A stretch of 64,000 nucleotides of DNA from Octopus sinensis. Its lineage: Eukaryota. Under the pieces are notes generated by a model that saw nothing but the letters and a program-made list of their open reading frames with translations, was not told the DNA's origin and ran no database searches. The stretch is from positions 13,516,001 through 13,580,000 of the forward strand of contig NC_043014.1 in the NCBI RefSeq assembly GCF_006345805.1, written 5' to 3'. The translations under genes were made by a program, and so were the position numbers. The stretch's first letter is position 1; every line of letters begins with the position of its first letter. This document shows positions 47,946 through 61,761 of this stretch, in pieces.

Positions 47946-49414
47946 TGAATCAATTACAAGGGGCATTATCTTGCATGAAAATGCACAGTTGATTTGGAAA
48001 TGCTCGTGATGATGGGATCACATGCGGTTTAACTAAATTCAAATAGATATTAGCATTAATAGTTCCTTCAATCTGCACGAGAGGGCCAACTCCTTCAGAA
48101 GAAATCATTCCCCACACCATATTTCTTCCTCCAAACTTGGCACATTTCTTCAAGCATTTGGAATTTAGCCGATCTCCTGTGAAGTGCCTAACATACTGTC
48201 TACCATCTGAACTTACTAAATTGAATTTGCTTTCATCACTAAAATGAACTTTTGACCAATTTTCATCCCTCCAGTTCACATGGGCTTCTGCAAATGAAAG
48301 TCTTTCCAATTTGTTCTTGCTAATGGTAGGTTTCATTGCCGGGGAACAAGTCTTTAATCCAAATTCCTTCAGACGATAAGACGCTGTAAAGCAGCTCACT
48401 TCCATACCACTATTTACTTTTATTTTCTTAGAAATTCCAGCTGCAGTCTCAAAAGGATCCTTGAATACGTACCATTTCATGGCTCGATCATCTCGCATTG
48501 TAGTTTTGCGTGGTCTACCACTTGCCTTTTTCGGTTCAGAACCTTTAGTTTCTTCATAGAGCTTAAGAACACATGAAACTACACTCTTAGATTTCCTTAC
48601 GTCTTGTGAAATAGCCGAGAGAGTCATTTCTGGAACTTTCATCCTGACGATTTCTTTTCAGAGGTCAGGAGTAACTTTAGCGTGGTGTGCCATGTTCAGA
48701 AGCTAGCACAATACTGGGACAGTTGTAATGTTGAGCCTGCAAATGTAAGCAATGTTTGAAATTTCCAGAAATTTCTGAAGGAATCTAATCGTTCTCTTAT
48801 TTTGCACATGAGACATTTGGACGAAATTATATGTATTAACTTTTATTAAGACCATTGTACAAACTTAGAATTTTTAGAGAATTTAGCTAATTGTTAGCTA
48901 TGCTAATTTAGCTAATTGAAACCAATTACGAATCTGCACATTCACTAGCTTTTCCAGCATTTAAAAAAATATTAATTGTTCTCTTTTTCTGCTCACTACT
49001 ATATATATATAGCTTAAAAGCCGCCCTATTGGGCAGCTTTTCAACTAGCTCCTGTAGAGGGCTCTTCATTAAGCCTTGGGCCCAACTGTGACACTTCATG
49101 CATTGAGTACATATTAAATTTTATTAAACTTCAACAATATTTTTCAAGCAATGAACAATTTTCGTCAAAGCAATGATACAATTTGTCGACTTGGAACTTA
49201 CTGCAAAGCTACATGATAAACAACAGTACCACTACTATTGCCACTATGTCTGCCATACACACACCATTCAGACTTCTGGCATCACCACCATTGATACCTT
49301 TGACTTCGCTGCCTTCTCTCCATCACCATCACTACTGTCTTTCATATTGCTTACTCTCACTTCATTCCCTCATCACCTCTGCCTCTATCACAACTACAGC
49401 TCATACTATTACTA

Positions 49415-50050
49415 AAATTTTACTAATATTTTAAGCATCTCAGCATTGATTCCTGATGGGCCATATGCTTTCCCTCTCTTCGTATCCTTAATTGCTTTAT
49501 CTACCAGGGTGCTGTTGATTTGGGTAGCTGATCCCTCAGTTGAGTCAACCCATTTATTCTCCACATTCAGCAGTCTCTCATAACGGCATCTATAAGCCTC
49601 TTTCTTTGCAGAATCATTAAATGCAAGGACACCCTCATCCATGCATACACATTTCTCTCTTATGACATCACAATTTTCTCTCACACACTGTCTTGCAATC
49701 CGAAAGACTTCAGTTCTTTGGTCCTCATGTCACCGAGCATTGGCAAACTTCTTTTCTGCTATTCCCTTAGCTATATATACCTATCTCCTAGCTTCCTTTC
49801 TGGCTATCTGATACAGTCGCCTGCTACCTCCACTCTTCCAAGCCTGTTTCTTTGCTCTAGTGGCCCTATCTACAGTATTGTTCTACCATGTTATCCTAGG
49901 TCTGGAAGGGACTTTGCACTAGCCACAGATTTGGTCTGTAGTGCTCAGCAAGTTGTCTCCCTGGAATTCCCAGCTGCCTTCTATGCTCCTCCTCCCTCTC
50001 ATCAAATTTCTTGGTAAGGATATCCCTAAATCTCACTAGACCTACCTTTC
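49415..50050 (-). mobile_element. Older RTE LINE ORF2 fragment (linker upstream of RT)
   Basis: YERLLNVEN.W...DKAIKDTKRGKAYGPSGINAEMLK, paralleling 24462-25100. Confidence 0.7.
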
Positions 50051-50231
50051 AATGAGCCTACATTTACAGTGCCAACTCTGAAAATTGGGAAAGAGATATG
50101 AGAGGTAACACAGGAAGGAGAGATGTTATTTAGCACCTGAGAAGAAGGTTCCTGTGATCGTTTGTAACAGGTGTCGTAATAGTTGTTCTTGCTTTTAACA
50201 TACCGTCATTCAAACCTGTTAAAATTGTTAA

Positions 50232-50450
50232 CCCTTTCCTTACTCTATTTATTTTGAGATGCTCTGTTTTTCTTTCAATTACTTTAAATATAACAAAGAA
50301 TTTAGTAAAATAACTTAGTTATCATTCAGCTAGTGTTAGAATATAAATTGTGACTAAGGTTTGATGGAGGATTTTAATTCAAAACTTATGAAAACAAGAC
50401 ATTTGTACTTAGAGCCAGAGCCGGTTTCTGCCGGGTTGGTAACGAACGAG
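50232..50450. mobile_element. 219-bp piggyBac MITE related to the 54213 element
   Basis: TTAA|CCCTTTCCTTAC ... CCGGGTTGGTAACGAACGAG|TTAG. Confidence 0.65.
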
Positions 50451-51049
50451 TTAGGGTTGTTGCCTCTACTGCGGGGTGGGAGTAAGGAAGCATTGTATAT
50501 GAAAGTGTTTGGGGCATTGTAAATATAAGTGATTATGAGTATTGTGGATGTGAGAATTACTGATGTTGCAGGGTTAAATGTAAAAAAAAAAAGAAAAATG
50601 AGAGAGAGAAAGGTAGAAGTATAAATATGCCAATGTAAAATAGGGTAAGTGGGCTGCTATCAGGGTTTCGTTAGTCCAGAGAGGGGGAGGGAATGGAAAG
50701 GGTGACAAGATTACCAATATAAAAGAGGGAGAGAAGGGAAGGGCAACTGGCTGTCGGTGGGGGTGGGGTTGGAGAGGTTGGGCGCAACCATGAACAATAG
50801 TGTCATTTTAGGGACCCAGAGCAAACAAGAAAGAATTATTTTAGAGAAAAGTACGAAATATGTATATGCATGTAGCCAAGAAATGGGGTTGGTCATTTTG
50901 GGGGCAGAACAAACAAACAAGGAATTATTTTAGAGAATAGTGCGAAATATGTATGAATATGTAGCCAAGAAAGAAGGGTAGTAATATTGTGAGTTAGATG
51001 GGTCTGAATGAATGAGTCGGTTAAAAACAAGAAATTCTTAGCTGTGCAT

Positions 51050-51420
<371 letters not shown>

Positions 51421-51822
51421 GTATAGGCTGTAGTTTCTGGCTCAGAATTTCTGGAACCACTGTTGACCCTGGCTTATACTTATTGTCCAATCCCCATATA
51501 CTGCATTAATATCCCTTGCACTTTCTGTTGCATTGTTGACTTTATTGAACTCATGAAGAAAAATATGACGAATATACTCCTTTGTCACTTCCATTATAGC
51601 TTTGAAAAATAACTGTTAAAATCGAACTGCACTCTTCAAAACTTGCACTAAGAATAAGGACAAGGTAAAATTACTACCTACTTTGAAAGCAAGTTGAAGC
51701 AGGTTGTTTATCCTGTGTCCTGCTGACTATTAATTCTTAAAATTGAAAAAAAAAAGACATTATTTATGGGATGATCCAATATACACATATAGTCAGACAT
51801 GCATATATTCACACACAAATAC

Positions 51823-51875
<53 letters not shown>

Positions 51876-51935
51876 TACACACACACACATTCATACACAC
51901 GTATGTATTTATGTTGACATATATTTATATATATG

Positions 51936-51977
<42 letters not shown>

Positions 51978-51978
<1 letters not shown>

Positions 51979-52659
51979 CCTCAGAGCGTTGGGCCTCACT
52001 GAGGCAATGGCGAAGGACCGAGATCTCTGGAGATGTGCTGTGACTGCAAAGACCCGGGATGCTTCCGGCACCAGTTCCGCATAGCCCCTGCCCATTCAAA
52101 GTACCTTGGATCCCAGAACATCTCGCTGTGCTTGAGGAGACCTGTTGAGTCAAGTGCATGTACATGAACATCGAAACAAATATCAATGGAAATAGTAGTT
52201 GTGATACCTATGCCAGTGGCACATAAAAAGCACCATCCGAACATGGCCGTTGCCAGCGCCGCCTCGACTGGCTTCTGTGCCGGTGGCACATAAAAAAGCA
52301 CCATCCGAACGTGGCCGATGCCAGCCCCACCTCGACTGGCTTCTGTGCCGGTGGCACATAAAAAGCACCATCTGAACGTGGCCGATGCCAGCGCCGTCCT
52401 GGCTGGCTTTCGTGCCGGTGGCATGTTAAAAGCATCAACCGATCGTGGCCGATGCCAGACCCCCCCCCCTGGCACCTGTGCAGGTGGCACGTTAAAAGCA
52501 TCCACTACACTCATGGAGTGGTTGGCATTAGGAAGGGCATCCAGCTGTAGAAACACTGCCAGATCAGACTGGAGCCTGGTGCAGCTCCTGGCTTCCCAGA
52601 CCCCAGTCGAACCGTCCAACCCGTGCTAGCGCGGAAAACGGACGTTAAACGATGATGAT
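51978..52659 (+). mobile_element. RTE 3' end of a second subfamily, with about 5 UTR repeat units
   Basis: [26 protein letters not shown], a different proximal UTR, and the same gtgccggtggcac units and (GAT)n tail. Confidence 0.85.
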
Positions 52660-52676
52660 ATATATATATGTATATA

Positions 52677-52833
52677 TATTGATAAAAATGTTAAGATAAC
52701 AAAAGAATGAAAGAGACCTCGATATTTATCTTGGCTACCGAATAATAGTCACATTACATTTACATATAAATTCCTCTATTTACATAATATCGAGGTCTCT
52801 TTCATTCTTTTATCTTAATGTTTTTATCAATAT
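52677..52833. repeat. (TA)n-flanked fold-back with arms of about 50 bp
   Basis: tgataaaaatgttaagataa...gagacctcgatatt pairs with aatatcgaggtctc...ttatcttaatgtttttatca. Confidence 0.75.
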
Positions 52834-53464
52834 ATATATATATATGTCAACATAAATACTTATGTGTGTTTGTGTGTATGCATATATATATATATATACA
52901 TGTGTTTATATATATTTACATACATGTATATACGTACATGTATGCACACCCAACCCATGCTACCATGGAAAGCGGACGTTAAACAATGATGATGATGATA
53001 CATATACACATACACACCCTTTTTTTTAAGCTGCAAAAATTTTCAAGGACTGTTGCTCTAAGTTTCATATCACCGTTTGTTGAACTGTTCTGATTGCACT
53101 AAATTGAAATTATATTGTTTATGTGTCTTAATATATGTTAAAACAAATAAGCATTTGAATTTGATTGGATAAAACAAATAAGCATCTGAATTTGATTGGA
53201 TGATTGACTTTCAAAAATAGAACTGGGGTTTTCCCAACAGTTGCCAGGGTAAACATTAACAGTATAAGGTCCACAAAAAAAAATAAAAGAAAAGAAAAAG
53301 AAAAACTGTTTAAACGTGAGTGAAAATGGGAGAATATTTATCCAGAAAATAATTAATTATTAAATTGAATAAACAGAATTGCAAGGTGAGATTATAATGA
53401 GTTAAATGAAAAAATAGTGGACAAGTAATTCAATAGTGAGTGTGCAATATACAATAAGTATAGT

Positions 53465-53820
53465 ATTTTACTTGTTTCAGTCATTTGAGTGTGGTCATGC
53501 TGGAGCACCACCTTTAATCAAACATATCAACCCCAGGACTTATTCTTTGTAAGTCTAGTACTTTTCCATCGATCACTTTTGCCGAACTGCTAAGTTATGA
53601 GGGCATAAATACACCATCATCGGTGTCAAGTGATGGTGGAGGGACACACACACACACATGCATGCACGATGGGCTTCTTTCAGTTTCCATCTACCAAATC
53701 CACTCACAAGACTTTGGTCAGCCCACGACTATAGTAGAAAACACTTGCTCAAGGTGCCACACAGTAGGACTGAACCCAGAACCATGTGGTTGGGAAGCAA
53801 ACTTCTTACCACATAGTGCC
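53465..53820 (-). mobile_element. SINE family A copy (diverged)
   Basis: Reverse complement of the 6243 copy. Confidence 0.7.
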
Positions 53821-54212
53821 TGTATATATATATTTTCTTTTATTTGTTTCTGTCATTTGACTGTGACCATACTGGAGCACCACATTTAGTGAAACAAATT
53901 GACCCCAGAACTTATTTTTTGTAAGCGTAGTACTTATTCTATTGATCTCTTTCACCGAACCACTAAGTTACAGGGGTGTAAACACATTAACGTCAGTTGT
54001 CAATCGATGGTGAGGGTGAACAAACACGCATGCACACATGTGCGCGCGCGTGTTTGTGTGCATGAATTTTTTATATCATGTGTTCGCCTTTGCTTTGTCA
54101 CGATTTCTTTGTATCGTATTACAGTCTTTGTTTCTATATTTAGAGCATATAGAAACAACGACTGAAATACGATACAAATATATATATATATCTCATCATC
54201 ATCATTGTTTAA

Positions 54213-55250
54213 CCCTTTCGTTACCAAACCGCCCAAAGCCGCCCGAATTTACCTATTCATATTTAAATGAGAATATCAGAGCGAATCTCTTCAGTACATT
54301 TGTGAAAACACGTATTATACTTCGTAAACAGTTCAACTACAGTTTTGTACAATAATCGAAGTGTAATTTTAATTCCGTGAATTTTGGGAGATTTTTTTCC
54401 GAAATTTGTTCCTATTGTGTTTTCAAAATTTGTAATTCTGACAAAAAATGGATACGAATTTCATTATATTAAGCAGCGAGTCAGAATTCGAAGGATTTTC
54501 TACTGAAGACCTTCATAAATCTAACTCTATGACTGAAAAAAAAAAGCACATGGTATTTGATAATGAATTTGATGTTTCATTTTCCGAAAGTGAAAACAGT
54601 GAATCTGAGATCTCCGATAGCGATAAAGAAAACGAATTGGCACCTAAATGGAGTGAAAATTTAAAAACTGTTTCTTTCGGTGATTTTTCTGCAGAAACTG
54701 GACCAAGCCACAGACTTTCCCAGAAGGGTAAAGCCTTAGACTATTTCTATTTACTTTTTCGAATGAGCCTATTTGAAATCATTACAGCGAAAACGAACCG
54801 TTACGCTAAACGTAAACAAAACGAAAGAAAAGATAGTTTGTTATTTCCCACAACCTTAAATGAAATTAAGGCCTATTTTGCCATAAATATTATTATGGGT
54901 ATCAGAAAGTTACCCAGAATAACAAATTCTATCGTAAAATTTTGTTGTATACCCAATTGAATATTAGCTAATATTTTCTATAGCGATGTTTGAACAAAAT
55001 TTTAATAATTTTATATTTTGTGGAATTTACCTGTATCTACTTGCAAATAGAGTCACTTTGTGACAAAAATTATAGTATAGAATTGGTTGAGAATATTTCA
55101 TTAAATTATCTTCCAAAAATTAGATTAATATATCGATAAATAAAAAAGTTATAGTTGTTTAATGAAACCAGACTAAATTTATGATTACGTTAGAAATTAA
55201 TTGAAACACATAAGGGGTGTAATTTGGTCAGAAATATAGTAACGAAAGGG
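54213..55250 (+). mobile_element. Internally deleted piggyBac with TTAA TSD, retaining the transposase N-terminus (ORF 54448-54960)
   Basis: TTAA|CCCTTTCGTTAC ... GTAACGAAAGGG|TTAA. Acidic N-terminus followed by DYFYLLF...IITAKTNRYA...EIKAYFAINIIMGIRKLP, typical of piggyBac. Confidence 0.92.
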
Positions 55251-55814
55251 TTAACGTCCGCTTTCCATGCTAGCATGGGTTGGATGATTTGACTGAGGAC
55301 TGGCAAACCAGATGGCAGCACCAGGCTCCAATCTTGATCTGGCAGAATTTCTACTGCTGGATGCCCTTCCTAACACCACCCACTCCGAGAGTGTAGTGGG
55401 TGCTTTTATGTGCCACCGGCACGGGGGCCAGTCAGGTGGTACTGGCAACGGCCTTGAAAAATCGTGTTTTTTTTTTACATGTCACCTGCACACCAGCACA
55501 AATGCCAGTAAGGTGACGCCAGTTATGATCACTCTTGAATGGTGCTTTTTACGTGCCATTGGCACGAATGGTTCAAATTTGAAACATTTTTTGATAAATC
55601 CAAAAACAGAAGAAAGCGCTAAAAATGTAAATAAGATGTAAATAAATTAAAAAAGTATATATAATCATCCAACATTCTGACTACCTTATTATTTTTATAT
55701 ATATATATATATATGTCTCTAATTAATATTATATTATATTTTACTATAAAATTGGATTCAATCCTAAATCTGATTTTTCCCTATAAATTTGGATTTATTC
55801 CCTAATATTTATTA

Positions 55815-55851
<37 letters not shown>

Positions 55852-56433
55852 CGCAGGAGTGGCTGTGTGGTAAGAAGCTTGCTTACCAACCACATGGTTC
55901 CGGATTCAGTCCCACTGTGTGGCACCTTGGGCAAGTGTCTTATAGCCTCGGGCTGAGCAAAGTCTTGTGAGTGGACAGAATTTGAAAGCCCATATATGTT
56001 TGTGTCTGTGTTCATCCCCTGTGCTTGACAACCGATGCTGGTGTGTTCACATCTCTGTAACTTAGCAGTTCAGCATAAAAGACCGATAGAATAAGTCTTA
56101 GGGTTGATTTGCTCAATCAAAGGCAGTGCTCCAGCATAGCTGCAGTCAAATGCCTGAAACAAATAAAAGAATATATATATATATATATATTTATATAAAA
56201 CAACAGAAATCATGTTAGCGATATTTGACAGCAAACGGCAATGTGGGGGGAAGGAGAAAGTAAAGGAAGAAAAAAGAAAGAATTGAGAGAAGCAGAAGAA
56301 AGAAAGTAATTGGTGTGGGTTACTTATGGGGGTGGGGAAATATGTTAGTCTTACCGATGCTTTCTACCAAATAAGCATCCAAAGCAAACTTAAAAGAGAA
56401 AGTAATCTGAGAGTAGTGGTAGAAAGCATAAAT

Positions 56434-56826
56434 GTAGGAGTGGATGTGTGGTAAGTAGCTTGCTAACCAACCACACGGTTCCGGGTTCAGTCCCACTGCG
56501 TGGCATCTTGAGCAAGTGTCTTCTGCTATAGCCCCGGGCCGACCAATGCCTTGTGAGTGAATTTGGTAGACAGAAACTGAAAGAAGCCTGTCGTATATAT
56601 GTATATATATATATAAGTGTATGTGTTTGTGTGTCTGTTTGTCCCCGTAGCATTGCTTGACAACCAATGCTGGTGTGTTTACGTCCCCGTCACTTAGCGG
56701 TTCGGCAAAAGAGACCGATAGAATAAGTACTGGGCTTACAAAGAATAAGTCCCGGTGTCAATTTGCTCGACTAAAGGCAGTGCTCCAGCATGGCCGCAGT
56801 CAAATGACTGAAACAAGTAAAAGAGT
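56434..56826 (+). mobile_element. SINE family A copy
   Basis: Near full-length match to the 6243 copy. Confidence 0.85.
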
Positions 56827-57133
56827 AACGAGATATATATGTAAACAATCTATATATACACACATTACAACCGTTGCATCTATATGCATACACAAATATA
56901 TATGTATATGTATAAATACTTCTTGTATTCAATCTAATAATGTTATAACATATTTATATTTTCTGGTTAATTTTTCCTCCCTTGCCCTCAACTGGTAGCA
57001 AAAACCAGACCGTTACGTTTTTGAAAAACAGTCACCCAATCAAATTCAAATGCTTATAATAGTTATTTGAGTCTGTTTTTCTCCACCTTGTTTTTTTCTA
57101 TTTGTGCTTTCTTGTGTGTGTGTGTGTGCGTGT

Positions 57134-57210
<77 letters not shown>

Positions 57211-57516
57211 AGAGGTAGAGTAATATGCTTTATTTAAAAGCAGCAGAAATATAACACTCTTTCTTCCTGTTTCTGTTGTACTTGTATTTCAAAGGGCCAG
57301 TCTTGTCACACTCTGTGTCATGCTGAATCTCCCTGAGAACTACGTTAACGGTACATGTGTCTGTGGAGTGCTCAACCACTTGCATGTTAATTTCACATGT
57401 TCTATTTCTATTTTAACAAAACTCTCTGACAAACGGGAACGTGAAACTCTGAGTAACAGCTTTTGTTATATTTCTGCTGCTTTTGAATAAAGTGTATATA
57501 TATATATATATATATA

Positions 57517-57730
57517 TCATCATCATCATCATTTAGCGTCCGTTTTCCATGCCAGCATGGGTTGGACGGTTCAACTGCGGTCTGTGAAGCTGGAAGGCTT
57601 CATCAGGCCCAGTCAGATCTGGCAGTGTTTCTATGGCTGAATGCCCTTCCTAACGCCAACCACTCCGTGAGTGTAGTGGGTGCTTTTTACGTGCCACCCG
57701 CACAGGTGCCAGACAGAGCTGGCAAACGGC
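57517..57730 (-). mobile_element. RTE-3'-end-derived copy
   Basis: Same terminus as the copy at 22830. Confidence 0.75.
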
Positions 57731-59229
57731 CCACACCTGGCGATGTTTGTCAAATCAGAATTCGGACACCATGTCCCACCCAAATAGAGAGTTATAGTTT
57801 ACAGAGACATATCTTGGTAAACGAAGTTTATGCGGGATTTTTTGAAGGAATTTTTCCAGAGACTTCTTGAAATTTATGGGGTCTGTTTCTGCTTTAATGT
57901 GTTTTGATATTATGTTAAAGAGAGTGGGGCCACTTGATGTGAGATAATTGTGCCAAATTGTTATTATGAGATGCAAGTGGGATTTATGTGGTTGGTGGAC
58001 CGCATGGGGCAGAAGTCTTGGGTGTATCTTAAAGGAGATGCCAGCATCATTCGGGAACTGCTGCTGGAATATTTTCCACATCATGCAGATGATACAGCGC
58101 TCGTGACGACATTGACAAGGTTAACACATCCCCTAATTCTATACTTATATGTATATACATTCAATTTATATATATATGTATATATGAGTATATACATGTA
58201 TGTATAGACAGATAGATGAATTGATGGATAGGTGTGAGCGTATACATATTTCGGTCTTACCTATTTTTTCTAAATACATACACCCACATACATTCATACA
58301 TGCGTGTTTCTAAATTGACACGAAAGGTTGACCTAAGATTTGAATAGGGATAAGAAATTTAATGACAATAAATTGAGATATTTTAGAATTTCTTTAGAAT
58401 TGTTAAAGAAAAGAAATAGTGAGTCACAAATTTGAATGTGTGTTTCATTGTGTAAGAAATAGCAGGTACGCAGATAGCTATGTATATGTACATATATATG
58501 CATATAAATACGTGTGTATGAATGTATGTGGGTATATGTGTACAGTTGTATTTGTATTTAAGTATGTTGTTGTTTATGTTTGCACACACATGTGTGTGTG
58601 TGTGTGTGTATACCTATGTTTGGATTTATACGTGTGTGTATGATTGTGTGTAGTTATGTATATACGTAAACATGAATTCTTCATGTATGTATATATATAT
58701 TTATGTATATATGGTGATGATGATGATGGCTATCCACTCATGAGTAAAAAAGGCTATCACTGACCATCTACCATGCGAAATGTCTGCAAGGACAGTTCTA
58801 AGTAGTATTGTGTTCATGGTCAGCTTTATTCAGATTCGCAGCTGTGGCCTTCATGCATGCCACAGGGCCCTCCTAATTGACCAAGCATCGTAAATGACTC
58901 TTACCTAGCGATTGTACATCCTACAATTTTAAATCCAATAAGGCTTGGCTGACCCCTCACTGATCCTTTGCACCCTATTGACATGATCCAGAGACAAGCC
59001 AGGACAAGCTATCAAGTGCCAATGTGTGTCACAGTCTGAATGTGGGGGTATTATGATCCCATGCGCAATCTGTTGTGTCTGGGGAGAGTCATTCTCTTTT
59101 AGTACCTTATTATTTAACACACTCACCGGTAAAATTTCCACTTATTTCGTCTTTTTATTTTCCTAAAATTTTCGTTGCGTCTTGCAACCTTTTCAATAGT
59201 TTTGACTCTGTCTGTTATTTAAACTGCGT

Positions 59230-59590
59230 TCCCTTTTGTTTGTTTGTGCGCATGTGTGTGGGTCAGTGTGTGTGTGTGTGTGTGCCTATACATGTACGTA
59301 TGTATGTGTGTGTGTGTGTGTTTGCATGTGTATGTATGTATATATGTGTGCATGCATATGTATGTATGTGTGTACATCTGTATGTACGTATCCTGCATAT
59401 TTATGTGCTTACCTGTCTGTGTTTGTGTATTTTCTATGTATGCGTGTGTGAGCATGTGTTTGTATATGTATGCACCTCTGTCTCCTTGTGTGTGCATATC
59501 TGTGTGTGTGTGTTATGTAACTATGTACCATGTTTGTATGTATGGATGTGCATCTTTATATGTGTGGATCCATGTCTCCATATGTGTCTG
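59230..59590. repeat. Degenerate (TG)n/(TATG)n low-complexity tract
   Basis: Direct reading. Confidence 0.85.
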
Positions 59591-59908
59591 TTCTTGTAAC
59601 CTATGTACCTATCCGTCTGAAATGGTTTTTAAAGAAATATTTCCAGAGTTTTCAAATGCAAAGAACACTTTCCCTTTTTCTCTGTGACTCTGTCTCTCTT
59701 TTTTGAACTGTTGTGGGTTGTAGAGGCGTGTTTGAAGTTACACAGTATAAACATGGACATCTTCCAAACACATACGCACACACGCATGCTCACACATACA
59801 CACGCACTCACACATTTTTAAAAATCTTTTTCTTGATTCTGTCATTTTGCTGCAGCCATGCTGGGGCAGCGCCTTGAAGAATTTTCGTCGATAGAATTGA
59901 CACCATTG

Positions 59909-59959
<51 letters not shown>

Positions 59960-60125
59960 TTCGTGGAAAATAGCGATTTTGACGTCTATATCTAATATGT
60001 TGACCGTCCACTTTTAGTGGTCAGTCCTTTAAATTTTGTATGTAAAAATATTTTAATCTTCGTATTTTTTCTAATATGCTAGACCACTGGTTTTAATTGA
60101 TTAATATCAGTTTCTACCCTTATTA

Positions 60126-60172
<47 letters not shown>

Positions 60173-60178
60173 AATATA

Positions 60179-60760
60179 GAAGGTGGTATCAAAAAGTTCC
60201 AGGAGTAGTTGTATTTAATAAAAGAACTCATTTACTTAAGTTTGAACATCATTTCTTTTGAAATAGTCACCTTGTGCAACAATACACTGGTCCTAGTGTT
60301 TCTGCCACTTTTGGAATCCAATCTGGAAGTCGTTTTCCATGAGTCAAGGACCTTCTGCGATTCATTCCGGATCTTGACAACAGTGATCTTTGAGCTGCGT
60401 TTTCATCTTGGGGGCAGAGCAGGAATCCCACAGGTGTTATACCTGGCAAATAGGATGGGTGTGGAACTGGCACCATGTTATTTTGGGTGAGAAACTCATG
60501 AGTGAAGAGAGTTCGGTGGCAGGGTGCATTGTTATGAAGAACCCCATTCTTTGCACTTTCACCGAATATCCTGCCACAAACACTTCAAGACGTCACAGTA
60601 GAACTCTTGATTGGCAATCTGGTCCTGGGGGGACAAATTCTAGATTCACAATACCACATTTCTGGGAGTGATGCTTGTGGCATGTCTTCCAGGGATGTTC
60701 TTCCACTTTTGAAGCTCCTGTACCACTTGAAATATTGCATACAACCCATTGCCTCATATA
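60179..60760 (-). mobile_element. Mariner fragment (same family as 3473 and 40794)
   Basis: TIR gaaggtggtatcaaaaagttccagga and a degenerate transposase C-terminus on the minus strand. Confidence 0.7.
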
Positions 60761-60883
60761 CATACTGACATACATATATACACACACACATACATACATA
60801 TATATACACACACACACACACACATACGTATATGTACACACATATACATATATATATATACACACATATACACATACATATAT

Positions 60884-61245
60884 AGGGCAGCGGACTCGCG
60901 GTTGTAGGATTTCGGTTTCAATTCCCAGACCGGGTGTTGTGAGTATTTATTGATCAAAAACACCTAAAGGTTCACGAGGCTCCGGCAGGGGGTGGTGGTG
61001 AACCCTGCTGTACTCTTTCACCACAACTTTCTCTCACTCTTTCTTTCTGTTTCTGCTGTACCTGTATCTCAAAGGGCCAGCCTTGTCACACTCTGTGTCA
61101 CGCTGAATATCCCCGAGAACTACATTAACGGTACACATATCTGTGGAGTGCTCAGCCACTTGCATGTTAATTTCACGAGCAGGCTGTTCCGTTGGATTGG
61201 ATCAACTGGAACCCTCATCATCGTAACCGACGGAGTTCCATCAAT
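60884..61245 (+). mobile_element. tRNA-headed SINE sharing its 5' part with family D but carrying a different 3' module
   Basis: gggcagcggactcgcgg...caactttctctcactct matches 36160-36320, then diverges. The 3' module also occurs at about 57260-57400 and, inverted, at about 35710-35920. Confidence 0.7.
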
Positions 61246-61305
61246 ATATGTACACACACATCATACATACGCATATAAGTACACATGTGTGTGTATCGTT
61301 CTTAA

Positions 61306-61686
61306 ACAAGAATGTTGTTGACAGTAACTTCTAAGTTTCGGCCAGTTAAATCTGATGACTGCCATGTATTACTTAGTTTTGACTTTATATAGTCTCTGTT
61401 GAGTTAAAATCATTTTGGGGTGTGTGAGAGTATGAGCAGGGTGGTAGTTAGGTTTTTATGGTAGGTTGTTATGGAAAGGTGTTTTTTAAAATTTTTTAAT
61501 TGATTAAAGACACATTCCCATAACAACATGCCATAGAAACCAAATTACCAACCCACTCACACTCACCCATTCAGAGATGAATTTAACTCAACAGAGGCTA
61601 TATATGAAGGCAAGACTAACTCCAATGCATCACAGTCTGGTGATAGCTGGCCGAAACTTTGAATTCACTGCCAACAACATTCTTGC
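61306..61686. repeat. Diverged fold-back element bounded by TTAA
   Basis: TTAA|ACAAGAATGTTGTTG ... CAACAACATTCTTGC|TTAA with internal complementary blocks. Confidence 0.6.
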
Positions 61687-61761
61687 TTAAAAATAATGAA
61701 TTTGTACTCTACAAAAATATAGAGTATCCCATCAGATTAATGTGAAAATGTTTTATTATAA

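Larger units (their letters stand above)
46979..49001 (-). mobile_element. Tc1 transposon with long (about 170 bp) diverged TIRs, carrying nested RTE-tail and Penelope insertions
   Basis: TA|CAGTAGCAAGC ... GCTCACTACTA|TA. ORF 47950-48642 (HFSDESKF, QDNAPC). Remnants PSQSPD at about 47640 and a C-terminal SCGN*CAEVISNKGLQTSY* at about 47165-47270. Confidence 0.85.

Noticed and set aside
59075-59687. Cys/Val-rich ORFs of 147-174 aa (also 42571-43041)
   Set aside because: Translations of (TG)n/(CA)n low-complexity DNA.
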